NCBI GenBank assembly: GCA_963765575.1
Contig: CAVXWZ010000001.1
Location: 365,784 to 429,783 of the forward strand
Reading direction: 5' to 3'
Length of the DNA: 64,000 nt
Origin: an uncultured cyanobacterium
GTDB lineage: Bacteria; Cyanobacteriota; Cyanobacteriia; PCC-6307; Cyanobiaceae
Part shown: piece by piece, positions 50,815 through 62,165 of the stretch
How the letters are laid out: each line of letters opens with the position of its first letter
How positions within the stretch are numbered: the stretch's first letter is position 1
The notes under the pieces: model-generated
Told to the model about the DNA's origin: nothing
Databases searched by the model: none
Seen by the model: the letters and a program-made list of their open reading frames with translations, nothing else
Program-made: the position numbers and the translations under genes

Positions 50815-52383
50815 ATGCTGCTGTCCGGACCCGCCCTCACGCTGCCCGACCGCCTCGATGCGCTTCTGGAGGTGGGGCTGGCCCGGGATCCTGACGGGTC
50901 CAGCCCTGCAGGATCTCCAGACAAGCCTCAGCTGGAGGCAGCTGGCAGAGCGGGTGGAACGACTGACTGGCCGCCTACGGCACCATGCCGCTGAAGGCGG
51001 GCGACCGGGTGGCGTCCTTGATGCCCAACCGGGTCGAGCTGGTGATCCACTACCTCGCTTGTCTGCGGCTGGGCCTGGTGATCACACCACTCAACTACCG
51101 CTATGTGGTGCCCGAGATCGACCATGCCCTGCGGGTGAGCGGGGCGGTGCTGCTGCTGTATCACCAGGAGCGCCTGGCTGATCTGGAAGCCACGGAGCTG
51201 GCCGGATCCCTGCCTCTGGGGCTGATCCGCTTCGAGGATGGGCAGAGAGCGGCAGCGGGCTGAAGGCGAGAGGTGCCTTGAGACTCTGCTGACCACGCCT
51301 GCCACCGGCGAGGAACTGTCCTGCCTGCCAGCGGAGGCCCCCGCGATCATTTATTTCACCTCCGGCAGCACTGCCAAGCCCAAGGGGGTGACCCACAGCC
51401 GCGCCAGCTATGGAGCGACGCTCGCCAGCCTGGCCCAGGCGATGGAATACGCGCCGGGGGAGCGTCTGATGGTGGGCTGCTCGCTGGCCCATGCGGCGGC
51501 CTCGATGTACGGACTGGCAGGCCTCTCGCTGGGGGTCACCCTGGTGGTGGCGACCGAGAGTGACAACCATGCCCTTGAGGCGCTCCTGCATCACCGCCAG
51601 CCGAATCTGCTGCTGATGTTGCCGGCACCGCTGATGGGCCTGATGCATGACCGGGATCTGAATCCGGCCGATTTCGCCGACGTGCGCCTGTGCCTCTCCG
51701 GTGGTGACAAGGTTCCCCTGCAGCTGCAGCGGGATTTCAAGACCGCCGTGGGTTTTTCGATCGACGAATGCTTCGGCATGAGTGAATGCGGTGTGGCCAC
51801 GATGTCTCCGCCTTCCGGCGAGAACCGGGTCGGCTCGGTGGGTCGGGTCTGCCCCGGTTTCGAGTGCTCCATCCGCAACGAGGAGGGCCGCGAACTGCCG
51901 GTGGGAGCAGAAGGAAGGTTGTGGCTGCGTTCGGCGTCGGTGATGACGGGCTACTGGGACAATCCCACCGCCACAGCCGAGACGATTGTGGACGGCTGGC
52001 TCGACACCGGTGACGAGATGCGCCTGGACGCGGACGGCTACCTGTGGTTCTGCGGCCGACGCAAACAGATCATCGTTCACGATGCCTCCAACATCTGTCC
52101 GCAGGACGTGGAGGATGCCCTCTGCGAACACCCTGCTGTGGAACTGGCCGGAGCGATCGGCATCCATGACGTCATGCACGGGGAGAACGTGCGGGCCTAC
52201 ATCACCCTCCAGCGGGGGGCCCAGGCTCCGATGGCCGCCGAGCTGATTCGCTTTGCCCGCGAACGCATCGGTTACAAGGCACCGGAGGAGATTGTGGTGC
52301 TGGCGGAGATGCCCCTCAACCCGAGCGGCAAGGTGGACCGCGTCGCGCTCAAAGCGATGGCGGCTGAAGCTCCCAGGAGCTGA
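50815..52383 (+). CDS. AMP-dependent acyl-CoA synthetase/ligase (frameshifted)
   Basis: YFTSGSTAKPKG, FGMSE, GWLDTGD, GKVDR. Confidence 0.88.
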
Positions 52384-52389
52384 AAACTG

Positions 52390-52560
52390 GCGAAAGCCAT
52401 CAAAGACTGTCTTGCATTCGTAGAAGCTCTCGACTCAGCCCCAACCCTGATCGACCATTCCCTGGGAGGCGTCGTCGCATAGCAGCTGGCGGCCATCAGC
52501 TTGGCCGAAGCGATTGTGCTTTTCATTGGCAGTGTCCATTGGAGCATCGTCCCGATGACC
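52390..52560 (+). pseudogene. Alpha/beta-hydrolase fragment
   Basis: PTLIDHSLGGVVA*QLAA, a degraded GHSxGG nucleophile elbow with an in-frame stop. Confidence 0.4.
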
Positions 52561-52696
52561 ATGACACCCACCGATGACGCGGCAGTACAGAAGCAGTACA
52601 GACGCGCAGATCGCCACGGTTAAGAACAGATCCTGCAGCCGCCGGGGCCCATCGCTATGGTCAGCCCCTCCGGTGTGTCGCAGTGAGGACGGCCAG

Positions 52697-55527
52697 GTGA
52701 CGGAACGGCGCATGCATCTGGTGCGGTGGGCGCTCACCACCGGCTGGCTGCTGATCATCGCCTCGCTGCTCTACGACCCCTTCACGCCGCGCTTCACCGA
52801 GCCGGACCATCCCTGGAGCCCGCTGCGGCTCAGCGGCGACTGCGTGCCGGTGCAGGGCACCTGCCTGCACGGAGGCCCCCTATCCCCTGGGCACCACCCT
52901 GTTCTGGGGCGCTGGTGGTGCCCTCGGGCGATCTTCATCCTGCTGGTGTTCGGCCATGAACTCTGGCGGCGCATCTGCCCGCTCTCCTTCCTCTCCCAGA
53001 TTCCCCGGGCCCTGGGGCTGCAGCGCCAGATCGCCCGGGTGAATCCGAAAACCGGTGAGAAGCGCTTCCAGCTGGCCAAGGTGCCGGCCGATTCCTGGCT
53101 GGGCAAGCACTATTCCCAGCTGCAGTTCGGCTGGCTGTTTGTGGGCCTCTGCGGCCGCATCCTCTTCTTCAATGCCGACCGGCTGGTGCTGTTCGCCTGG
53201 CTGACCTTCACCATCGTCTGCGCCATCGCCGTGGGCTGGCTGTATGGCGGCAAGAGCTGGTGCCAGTACTTCTGCCCGATGGCGCCGGTGCAGAGCATCT
53301 ACTCCACCCCCACCGGCCTGCTGGGCAGCAAGGCCCACATGGCGGCCACGCCGATCACCCAGTCGATGTGCCGCACCGTGCAGCCCGATGGCAGCCGAGC
53401 AGAGCGCCTGCGTGGCCTGCCAGCAACCCTGCATCGACATCGATGCCGAGCGCACCTACTGGGCCCGGCTGCCCACCCCTGCCTTCGCCTTCGAGCGCTA
53501 CGGCTACGTGGGTCTGGTGGTGGGCTACTTCCTCTACTACTACCTCTACGCCGGCAACTGGGACTACTACTTCTCCGGAGTCTGGCAACGCCAGAGCGAC
53601 CAGCTGGCCCTGCTGCTGCGGCCGGGCTTTTTCCTGTTCGGCCAGCCGATCGACGTGCCCCGGCTGGTGGCGGTGCCCCTGTTCCTGGGGGTCTGCACCT
53701 GGCTGGGGGTGCTGGTGGGCCGGGGGATCGAGTCGGGCCTGCGGGGCCGGGTGCGCCGCCGCGGCGCTGAGCCCGATCGGGACCGCATCCGCCACCGGGT
53801 CTTTCTGGTGGCCACCTATCTGGTGTTCAACTTCTTCTTCCTGTTCTCCGGCCGGCCCCTGATCCTGCTGCTGCCCGCCTGGGTTCAGTACCTCTACGAC
53901 GTGATCCTGGTGGCGCTGAGCACCCTCTGGCTCTACCGGGCCTGGGGGCGTTCCCCAGCGCTCTACGGCCGCGAGAACCTGGCGGAGCGCTTCCGCAAGC
54001 AGCTGGCCCGCTGGATCTCGACGTGGGCCGCTACCTGGACGGCCGCTCCCTCGCCGACCTGGGCACCGAGGAGGTCTACGTGCTGGCCAAGGTGCTGCCG
54101 GGCTTCACCGGCCAGAAACGGCTGGAGGCCTACAAGGGCGTGGTGCGGGAGGCCCTCGAGGAGGGTTTCGTCAATGCCGCCAGCAGCCTGGAGGTGCTCC
54201 AGCAGATGCGCCTCTCGCTCGGCATCAGCGACGACGAGCACCGCCAGCTGCTGGAGGAGCTGGGCGTGGAGGATCCCGGCCTGCTCGATCCCGACAGCCG
54301 CCGCAGCCTGGAGGATCAGATCCGCCTCAGCGGCTATCGCAAATCGCTGGAGCGGCTGATGCTGGTGCAGAGCCTCGAGCGACGGCAGCGGCCGGGTGCA
54401 GCGGTGACGCTCGCGATGGGGCGGCGTTGCGGGCCCTGCGGCGGGAGTACGGCATCTCGCCGCGGGAGGAGGAACGGGTGCTGGGGCGATCTCTCCCCCA
54501 GGGCCGCGGCGATCCGCAAGGCTGGAGCTGTTGCTGGAGCGGCTGCCGGCCCTCACAGACGGCTACAGGGCCCTGCATCAGAGCGCCCTGCGGCACCAGT
54601 CGCCGTGCTGGCATCTGCTCGACGACCGCCTCCAGCTGCGCAAGGAACTGACCCTGCGGGCCATCCTCGATGGCCTGGCCACCCTCCAGGAGGATCCGGC
54701 GGTGCCGGCCCTGGTGCAACGCCTGCAGGCGATCGCTCCGCTGGGGTTGCCGGAACTGGTCCGAGGGGGAGGACTGGGCGAGGCGCCTGCCGCCCGCCGT
54801 GGCCGAGGCCCTCGGCCGGCCCGGGGCGGAGGCCCCCTCCTGCTCGCTGCAGCGTGCCCGTGGCCGACACGCTCGCCTTCCTCGACAGCCTGGCGGCCGA
54901 CCCCAGCCCCACCCTGGCGGCCGCCGCCCTGTTCCTCACCGCCTGCCTGGATGCCGACCGGGCCCGGGCCCTGGCGGCCCGGGTGGGGCGGCAAGGGCGC
55001 CCCTCCCCTGCTGGCCCAGACGGCCCAGGCTGTGCTGGCCCTGCAGGGGCCGCCGGCCCTGCGCGATTGTCCGGAGCTGGAGAAGCGGGTGTTCCTGGCC
55101 ACCAGCGATTTCTTCCGCCGCAGCGACGGCGACACCCTCGCCGCCCTGGCCGATCAGGCCGACGTGCGCGCGTTCTGCCGACGGGGAGCTGATCACCGAG
55201 GCCGGCGACACCTGCCGGGAGCTGCTGCTGCTGATCGAGGGCCGGGCCCGGGTGCGCCACCGCGACGGCGAGCGGGAGTGGCTGGAGGACATGGAGCCCG
55301 GCCGGGTGCTCGACGAACTGGAGGTGCTCACCCACAGCACCTCGGAGAGCACGATCGTGGCGGAGGCCGATGGCACCCGGGTGCTGGCGGTGCCGGTGGA
55401 TTGCTTCGATGCGGTGCTGGAGCGGGATCCCGATTTCGCCCGCCGGGTGCTGGAGCTGGAGAGTGGCCAGCTGCAGCGGCTGATGCGGGCTTCGGCCGAC
55501 GCGCCCGTTGGCAGCCTCAGCTCCTGA
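52697..55527 (+). CDS. Membrane 4Fe-4S-binding protein with a C-terminal cNMP-binding domain (many frameshifts)
   Basis: WRRICPLSF, WCQYFCPM, CVACQQPCIDID, and C-terminal ITEAGD...ELEVL. Confidence 0.82.
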
Positions 55528-55622
55528 CGCTTTCGTCGCTTGGTTCTGCCCGAATCAGCAGGGCCTGACAACGATCTCGGTCCGCTTGTCAGCGCGCCGA
55601 TTCTTCATCTGCAGGGTGACTG

Positions 55623-56067
55623 ATGGAGGAAACTGGAGTCATCCGTGATGCCTGTGTTGTGATGCCCCAGACCCTGCGAGAGCGATCGATGCCTCTGGTG
55701 GTGTCCAGATCCTCCACGGCGGAGCCGCCCCGGACCGAGCCTGATCCGGGTGAGGTGTCCCGGGGATTCGGTGGGTCCGGAGCCGAACGGAACAGCAGGC
55801 GCAGGAAGAGCAGCAAGAAAAAAAGGTCCCTCCCTCAGCCAGGCCGACTGGGGCCCCCTTGGTAAGCACCCGGACCTGGACGCGATCGTGGCGCGTCAGC
55901 GGTTGCATCTGCCCCTCTCGGGTCGGATCCGGGAAAGCGATGTCACCCGGGCCTGGAAGGAGGCTGCAGCGGAACACCATCCCGATCGGGGCGGTGTGCA
56001 CGACACCATGCAGCGTGTCAACGGTGCCCGGGATCTCCTGCTGGGCCGAGGACTTGAAGGCGGTTGA
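55623..56067 (+). CDS. Protein with a C-terminal J-domain (one indel in an A run)
   Basis: AWKEAAAEHHPDRGG...MQRVNGARDLL. Confidence 0.75.
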
Positions 56068-56289
56068 TGTCTGATCTATCGACAAGGTGTTCCAACGGGG
56101 CTTTCAAAACCCTCACCCGATAATCAGTGAGTCAGATCGGTTGTCTTCAAACAGCGGATCCAGAAACACGAGGGATGATCAACAGGCGCCTTGATCGTGC
56201 CGATGGCGGGGATTTCGTTTCCGGACTCCTCAGCCTCAATGCCAAGACGGACAACCATCCTCACAGGTCGGTGACCGTTGAATCAATAA

Positions 56290-56335
56290 TGGCTCGGGGG
56301 AGACTTGAACTCCCGACCTTGGGATTATGAATCCC
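56290..56335 (-). tRNA. 3' fragment of a tRNA with CAT anticodon (Met or Ile2); probable att site
   Basis: Minus strand reads GGGATTCATAATCCC-AAGGTC-GGGAGTTCAAGTCTCCC-CCGAGCCA (anticodon arm, T arm, 3' acceptor strand); the D arm and 5' strand are absent. Confidence 0.85.
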
Positions 56336-56621
56336 TTTGATTGGAGCAAAACCCTTGCAGTAGCTGGGTTTGTCGATGAGGGATTCCCCGTCAGGTTCAC
56401 AAGTTCACTGAATCTTCATCGAATCCGGCCTCTGGGGCGCTCTGCTGGCCCGCTCCCCCGAGGGACCTCTGCGACGGCGAAACCCTCTTCTTGAGACAGG
56501 TGAGCCGGACCGCTGCCCCCTACCCCCGCAGCTGCAAAACCACCCCGCAAGGCAACGCCATCGACCCCAACGACAGCCTTGCCTTGTCGTTCAGCCCCTG
56601 GGCCTTCTGCTGAAGGCTGCC

Positions 56622-56825
56622 TCAGGGTGTGTCGACCCGCAGGAGAACACCCTGCTGGTGCCACACGGTGTTGGAACGCGGTGCCAGCGGGTTGGCCATT
56701 CGGAAGTGGTGGCCGCCCCGGAAGAAGCCGCCCTTCTTCAAGCGCTGCAGGGTGACGCGGTGGATGCCAAGCAGTTCGGCCATGTGCTGTGTGCTGACCC
56801 ACAGCCCAGGGGTCGTGGTGCTCAT
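56622..56825 (-). CDS. Small HTH DNA-binding protein (excisionase-like)
   Basis: WVSTQHMAELLGIHRVTLQRLK; about 300 bp from the tRNA fragment. Confidence 0.65.
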   Translation of the reverse strand: MSTTTPGLWVSTQHMAELLGIHRVTLQRLKKGGFFRGGHHFRMANPLAPRSNTVWHQQGVLLRVDTP

Positions 56826-56848
56826 CGGATCTCCACAGGTCTCGGAGG

Positions 56849-57238
56849 CTATTGGGGCCGTCCCTGCGCCGTTCCCCCCAGTGCCAGCCCGGCCAGGATG
56901 CTGAGCCCCTGGCTCACGGCGTCATCGATGCGGCCCTGGGGCCGGGCGCAGAACAGTGACAGCGGATGCACCAGCGGGGATTGACCTGAATCCTCCACCG
57001 GTGGCGTGGAGGCATCGGGAACCAGCACCCCGGCCTTCCCCATGGAGCGCTGGGCCCCGGGCTCGCCGGCCAGGGAGACAGAACGCTGCACCGCGGCGTC
57101 AAAGCCGTTCAGGCGCACGTACAGCCAGGAGAGGGCGGTGCAGTTGAGCAGGTCGAAGCACAGGGTGAGGCCCTGAAAGCCCAGGATTCCCGACAAGATC
57201 CAGACCACCAACCGGCGGGATTCCATGGCGCTTGGCAA
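56849..57238 (-). CDS. Hypothetical membrane protein
   Basis: Two hydrophobic segments; no motif recognised. Confidence 0.55.
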   Translation of the reverse strand: MPSAMESRRLVVWILSGILGFQGLTLCFDLLNCTALSWLYVRLNGFDAAVQRSVSLAGEPGAQRSMGKAGVLVPDASTPPVEDSGQSPLVHPLSLFCARPQGRIDDAVSQGLSILAGLALGGTAQGRPQ

Positions 57239-57480
57239 CGGCTACCCCAGAGGGTTCCGGGCCGGCAGTGCAGCAGCCCCGGCGCGTCGACGCTCCGAAC
57301 CGCCATGGTGACCACCATTGGCAGGCACCATGACCATAGGCTGGGTGATGGACAGCACGGGACTGTTTCAGTCAGGCCGCAGCCAGGCGGGGGCTCCGGC
57401 CACGTTGCTGATCCCGCGGGACTGGGCGAGCTTTCCCGCAGCTCCATCCTGGTGAGGGTGGCGAGGGCCAGGGCCGGGGC

Positions 57481-57549
57481 CCTAGTGTGCCGTCCCGCAA
57501 ATAACAACTAGAATCCGGGGTGTCGCTAGAGGTGCTCCGTGGCACTAGG
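57481..57549. mobile_element. Possible miniature IS remnant
   Basis: CTAG at both ends with imperfect inverted ends (CCTAGTGTGCC ... GGCACTAGG). Confidence 0.4.
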
Positions 57550-57630
57550 CCTTCCGATGAATCTACTGGTCCTCAGTGAGTGCCAACCAGAATTCACATA
57601 GGATGCATGTGGATGATCTGACAGAACAGA

Positions 57631-58266
57631 ATGAACACCAGGTCGACGGCCGGTATCGACACCAATTCTGAAACATCGCAGACTGACGTGGCTGAATCAC
57701 TCTGCTCGACTTGCGGCTTTTGCTGCAGCGGTGCTTTCTTCTATCGCACTGTAGTAACTGAGGAAGAGGTCTCTTGCCTCACATCTCTATCGGTACCAGC
57801 AAAGCCATATCGCCATAGCAAGTTCAGCATTATGCACCCATGCAGTGCACTCTCAGAATGCAAGTGCTCAATTTATAGCCAGAGGCCACAGGATTGTAGA
57901 GACTGGAGCTGCAAGCTTCTGATAGCGACAGAATCCGGAACCATTCCCTTTTCCAGCGCGAAGGCCATCATCGCCAATGGAAAGTCGCAAATCTCATCTC
58001 TGACCACTCGAATCAACTCCTTCTTGCCTCCAGAACGATCAGGCACGACGAACTTTTACCTATTGCTTCACAAGCTTACCGACTACGTTGAAGAGAGCAT
58101 AATGAGTGGCAGGCCAGAGGGCGTCGGCCGTAAAGCACTTCAACTCATTGGGGCCACTAGAGATTACCTCGTTCTGATCAACGAGCACTTCAGGTCACCC
58201 AGTCTTCTTGGAAGGATCAACACTCTAATCGACTCAGTAGGCACAGCCAAGCCCGGAAAGTCTTAG
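57631..58266 (+). CDS. YkgJ-like CxxCxxCC protein
   Basis: CSTCGFCC, PC..L..CKCSIYSQRPQDCRDWSC; low GC. Confidence 0.8.
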   Translation: MNTRSTAGIDTNSETSQTDVAESLCSTCGFCCSGAFFYRTVVTEEEVSCLTSLSVPAKPYRHSKFSIMHPCSALSECKCSIYSQRPQDCRDWSCKLLIATESGTIPFSSAKAIIANGKSQISSLTTRINSFLPPERSGTTNFYLLLHKLTDYVEESIMSGRPEGVGRKALQLIGATRDYLVLINEHFRSPSLLGRINTLIDSVGTAKPGKS

Positions 58267-58424
58267 TTCTGAAGGTATTCATCTTCGGATGAGCTCAGTT
58301 TACCTGCCTGGGATCTATGGTTTGGTACTCGTTCAGGGGGGGGTGACTGATACGGCGACGACATCTTCGCTTCGGCGAATGCAACCCCAAGCGGCAATCA
58401 GTCACGATGCCTTAATCCAGGCCA

Positions 58425-58890
58425 CGGTGCACGGCGACGATTAGGTAGGCGGGTCCGCGCAACTACATAGGCGGGTCTCAAGACGCGACAACAGGGCTCC
58501 GATCCGGTCTTGAGCCTTGTCATGCCCGCCCCTCTGTCGTTGCGGATAAGGAGCGGTACATGGCCAAGCGCTCAGGCGGGCTCAGCCAGCAGATCGCCGC
58601 TGATGCCGTGGGGATCTCGGTGCGCAGCGCCCAGCGCATCGACCGAGGCGAGCTGCAACCCCGAACCAGCAGGGTCGCCACTGGCGCACCCGCGCCGATC
58701 CCCTCGCCGATGTCTGGGACAGCGTCTTGGTGCCGATGCTGGAGCAGGCGCCCCAACTGGATCCCCAGACCCTGCTGCTCCACCTGGAGGGGATCCACCC
58801 CGGCCAGGAGTGGTACCGGCGCAAACGCACCCTGCAGCGGCGGGTGGAGCAGTGGCGGGCGCTGCAGGGCCACACCAAGGAGGTGATGTT
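58425..58890 (+). mobile_element. IS21-family remnant (left end plus istA N terminus)
   Basis: AADAVGISVRSAQRI...WRTRADPLADVW...RTLQRRV; TAGGCGGGTC occurs twice upstream. Confidence 0.75.
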
Positions 58891-59150
58891 AGCGAAGAAC
58901 AGCGCCCGCGCTGCTCACCATTGGCTTGGAATCAACAACGATGTTGATCAGCTCTGTATGGGGAATGACTGTCAGCCTGAATCGGTTGCTGGTAGTGGGG
59001 AAGGTGTACCAGATTGGCCTGCCTTCCCCCGCCGATGAAGCCATCAACTACGGATTGCTGATCGGAATGGCTGCATTTACAAGGTATGACAGCAGTGTGC
59101 TGCATCGGCGCACGCTCGAGGCTCGGCCTCACTGACGCTCCACCGTCTGA

Positions 59151-59654
59151 TCAATGCAGCTGCTCACTGAGCCGCTGCAGGCGTCCGCCGGATTGGCTCG
59201 CTTCCTCCAGGAGCTCCTCCCAGTCGTCTGGCGGATGGCCGCGGTCCAACATCGACTCGAATACGCGGTAGGCATCCGTCTTGCTGCCGTAGGCGCGCTT
59301 GGTGTCAGTGTCGTTCACCCAGCCCAGCACGATCACCTTCGAGCGATTGTGAAAGCGAAAGAACAGGCGGAACTGCTGAAAGAACTTGGCCCGGCGCCAG
59401 TGCCGATGCTCAGCGCCCAGGGTTGATCCCTGCTGGTACTCCTTGCGGCTGGGGTCCTGAGGAATGTCCTGCAGCATCAACCGTGCGATGGCAGCCAGGC
59501 GTTTGCTGGTGTTCTTGCTGCGATATCCGAGGGGGTCCTTACGTCGCAACGTCTCGACCTCCGCGATCAGCGCCTCCAGCTGATCCAAAAATAACGGGTG
59601 CGCATAAAGCAGCCACCCATGGGCCACCAGGGGCGCTGCATCGGCCTTGCCCAC
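59151..59654 (-). CDS. yhaV: YhaV-family toxin
   Basis: GWLLYAHPLF, IPQDP, WRRAKFFQQFRLFFRF, WVND..TKRAYGSKTDAY. Confidence 0.92.
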   Translation of the reverse strand: MGKADAAPLVAHGWLLYAHPLFLDQLEALIAEVETLRRKDPLGYRSKNTSKRLAAIARLMLQDIPQDPSRKEYQQGSTLGAEHRHWRRAKFFQQFRLFFRFHNRSKVIVLGWVNDTDTKRAYGSKTDAYRVFESMLDRGHPPDDWEELLEEASQSGGRLQRLSEQLH

Positions 59655-59656
59655 GA

Positions 59657-60082
59657 TCAGAATGTGTCGCCGCAGCCGATGTTTCCGGAGTCGGTGTCGC
59701 AGCCGCCGGTCTCGTCGTCGTCCGGCAGCGGTGCATCGAGATCCACCTCGATGCCTCCAACCAGATCCTGCAGGCGGGAGACCAGATCAGCAGTGATGGG
59801 CTTGAGGCGCTCTGGATGGCTGGCGATGTCCTGCTCCAACAGCGCCAGGAAGGGAGCGAGGGCTGGATCGTCGTCGGCGGGCTCTGGACTGACGCGCTCC
59901 AGGACCACTTCGCCGTTGGAGCGGAAGGCGTAGCGGATGCGGTCGCGTTTGCGCAGCCCCAGGGCCCGCCGAACCGGCTGCGGCACGGTGGTCTGATAGC
60001 GATCGGTGAGCGCCGATTCCACCTCCTGCTGGGGAGCGTCCACGGCGGACGCGGCCGCGGGAGACGAGGAAACAGGAGCCAT
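59657..60082 (-). CDS. prlF: PrlF antitoxin
   Basis: ESALTDRYQTTVPQPVRRAL...DDPALAPFL...DIASHPERL. Confidence 0.92.
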   Translation of the reverse strand: MAPVSSSPAAASAVDAPQQEVESALTDRYQTTVPQPVRRALGLRKRDRIRYAFRSNGEVVLERVSPEPADDDPALAPFLALLEQDIASHPERLKPITADLVSRLQDLVGGIEVDLDAPLPDDDETGGCDTDSGNIGCGDTF

Positions 60083-60108
60083 CGGACCACCCAGCGGAAC
60101 CAACACAA

Positions 60109-60130
60109 AGGTAATGCAGCTGCATTGCCT
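60109..60130. promoter_or_regulatory. 22-bp near-perfect palindrome upstream of prlF (putative autorepression operator)
   Basis: AGGTAATGCAGCTGCATTGCCT, about 27 bp upstream of the prlF ATG. Confidence 0.6.
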
Positions 60131-60271
60131 CAGCGAGTGGAGTGTGGCCCCAGCTCTCACCCACCAGCGGCTCGAGCAGGCGGGGCTCGCCTGCTGCAGA
60201 ACACCGTTGATCTGGCGGGCTGCTGGTGAGTCCGCACAGACCCAAGATTGGGGCCATCGAAGAAATGCCCG

Positions 60272-61003
60272 ATGGATGGGATCCCCCTGCTGTTGTTGGC
60301 CCTGGGCCTGATGCTGCTGAGTGATCTGGTGGCGTTCGGGCTGCTGCTGCCCTCCCTGCTGATCCGAACGGTTCTGGCCCGGCGCCATCCTGAGGTGGTG
60401 TTCTGCGGAGCGGCGGATCGCAGGCGATTGGCCCTCACCATCGACGATGGACCGAGTGGGCCAGGCTCTGGGGCTCTGCTGGATCTGCTGCGGGAATTGG
60501 ATGTGCCGGCCACCTTCTTCCTGGTCGGCTCCCATCTGGAGCGCGATCCCCACTTTGCCCGCCGGGCCCTGCAGGAGGGCCACGATCTCGGCAACCACCT
60601 CTGGCGGGATGAGCGGACCGCCACCCTGGAGGAGCCGGCCTTTCTGCAGCAACTGCGCGATACCCAGCGGGCAATCGAGCGGGCCGCTCTGCCGGAACGG
60701 CTGACCTGGCGCTGGTGCCGCCCCGGACAGGGATGGTTTCACCGGCCGATGGTGGAGTGGCTGCGCGGACGCCGCTACCGCCTGGTGCTGGCCTCGATCT
60801 TCCCCTGGGATACCCTGCAGCCACCGCTTGGTTTCATGCGCTGGTTCGTGCGGATCAACGCCCACCCCGGCGGAATCCTGGTGCTGCATGACACGCCGGC
60901 CCTGAGTGGGCGAACCCTCCGAGCCCTGCGCCGGATCATTCCCGACCTGCAACGGCTCGGCTATACGTTCGTGCCGCTGGCGGAGCTGCTCGATGCGGAG
61001 TAA
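60272..61003 (+). CDS. Polysaccharide deacetylase (NodB/CE4)
   Basis: LTIDDGP, ATFFLVG, GNH, RPG, ILVLHD. Confidence 0.9.
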   Translation: MDGIPLLLLALGLMLLSDLVAFGLLLPSLLIRTVLARRHPEVVFCGAADRRRLALTIDDGPSGPGSGALLDLLRELDVPATFFLVGSHLERDPHFARRALQEGHDLGNHLWRDERTATLEEPAFLQQLRDTQRAIERAALPERLTWRWCRPGQGWFHRPMVEWLRGRRYRLVLASIFPWDTLQPPLGFMRWFVRINAHPGGILVLHDTPALSGRTLRALRRIIPDLQRLGYTFVPLAELLDAE

Positions 61004-61207
61004 TCGCACCGGGAGGAACGATCAGCACAGAACCAGTCAGCACAGAGCCAGAAAGGCAACCTCCGTATGCCTGGCTTTCGGTGTTGTCCATGCCGGTGGT
61101 TGCGTTACAGCTTCTGATCCCGTACCAGAGTTCCAAGCGCCTCAGATGGAGACGCATGAAACAAAGGCTTGATGGCAGATTTCAGCGGGTGATTGCCCAA
61201 GACCTCC

Positions 61208-61417
61208 CTAATCACGAACGTCCATAAGTGCGTACCAGTCCAGCCTTTGAACGCCTTCAGCGGAGGCCTGGACCAGCTCAATACCCTTGACAGTTCCATC
61301 GCTCTTGTACCAGGGGTCTTCGCACAATGAGGCAAAAGCCTGACGCGCTTCTTCCTGGGACTGGAAGGTCCCGACATTCACGATCCCCCAGGAATCGTGG
61401 GTATGAATCCTGAACAT
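61208..61417 (-). CDS. Small hypothetical protein
   Basis: 69-aa ORF with plausible composition. Confidence 0.55.
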   Translation of the reverse strand: MFRIHTHDSWGIVNVGTFQSQEEARQAFASLCEDPWYKSDGTVKGIELVQASAEGVQRLDWYALMDVRD

Positions 61418-61479
61418 CAGAAGCTCACGGCGTTACCCCCCATTATCGTGGAACCAACCTCGAAGCGGCGCCACTCCAC

Positions 61480-61695
61480 ATGCGTCCGGAGACCATGCAC
61501 GACGACAAGACGCATCGTTCTCGCCTGGTGGAGGAAGCAGCGGCAGGTGAAGCGTTTGTGATCGGCATGACCGGCCGGCCGATGGTGCGCCGCCTGGGCC
61601 TGCTGGGGGGCCAGTGCACCGTGCCCGACGACTTCGATCAAATGGCTGCCGGCGAGATTGCCGATCTGTTTGAAGGCGCTGGGCAAGGCGGCTGA
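61480..61695 (+). pseudogene. Orphan degraded Phd/YefM antitoxin
   Basis: HDDKTHRSRLVEEAAAGE...GRPMVR...VPDDFD; no toxin follows. Confidence 0.65.
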
Positions 61696-62165
61696 GCCGC
61701 GCCATGCCTCGGCTGCTGTGCTGATCACGGCAGAGTCCCCGTTGGCGAGTTTCCCAGTGCCGCTCCTGTTCATGGCCGCTACCGAGAGGTGTAGCCGTGC
61801 CTGAAGCTGGTGGCCACCACCCGCTCACCCCGCGCAGCCAGGCTCTCCACCTCGGTGCTCGGACCACCAGCCGTCCTGTCGCTTGTGGTACGACCTCCCT
61901 GCAGCTGCTGTCCTGCAGCCGTGAACGGTTTGCCGTACTGACACGGCGGTCCAGCGGATCTATCAATGAATCAGAGGCCTCGACCAGGGCAGCGCGAGCC
62001 CTAGCCCTGCAACCGGCCCTAGCCCTTGGGCTTCTGCGAAGCAGTAGGGCGTCCGACACGGGGCGCCCTTCTTCATTGGGAACTCAGTCCACCAGTGACC
62101 ATGGCCTCACGAGGCAGGGCGAGCTGAGTCGCTTCTCTTAGGCTGCCAATGGCTTCTGGGCAGCC

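Noticed and set aside
12990..55200. Many frameshifts as programmed frameshifting, phase variation or mass pseudogenisation
   Set aside because: They hit unrelated housekeeping and accessory genes alike, and some compensate each other. The duplicate at 22314 shows the correct frame for 24361. Long-read indel error is the simpler explanation.
56290..56365. Complete functional tRNA-Met
   Set aside because: Sequence beyond 56335 cannot form the D arm or the 5' acceptor strand.
59657..61009. 450-aa PrlF fusion
   Set aside because: The N-terminal part is the antisense of the deacetylase gene; PrlF similarity starts after ATG 60082.
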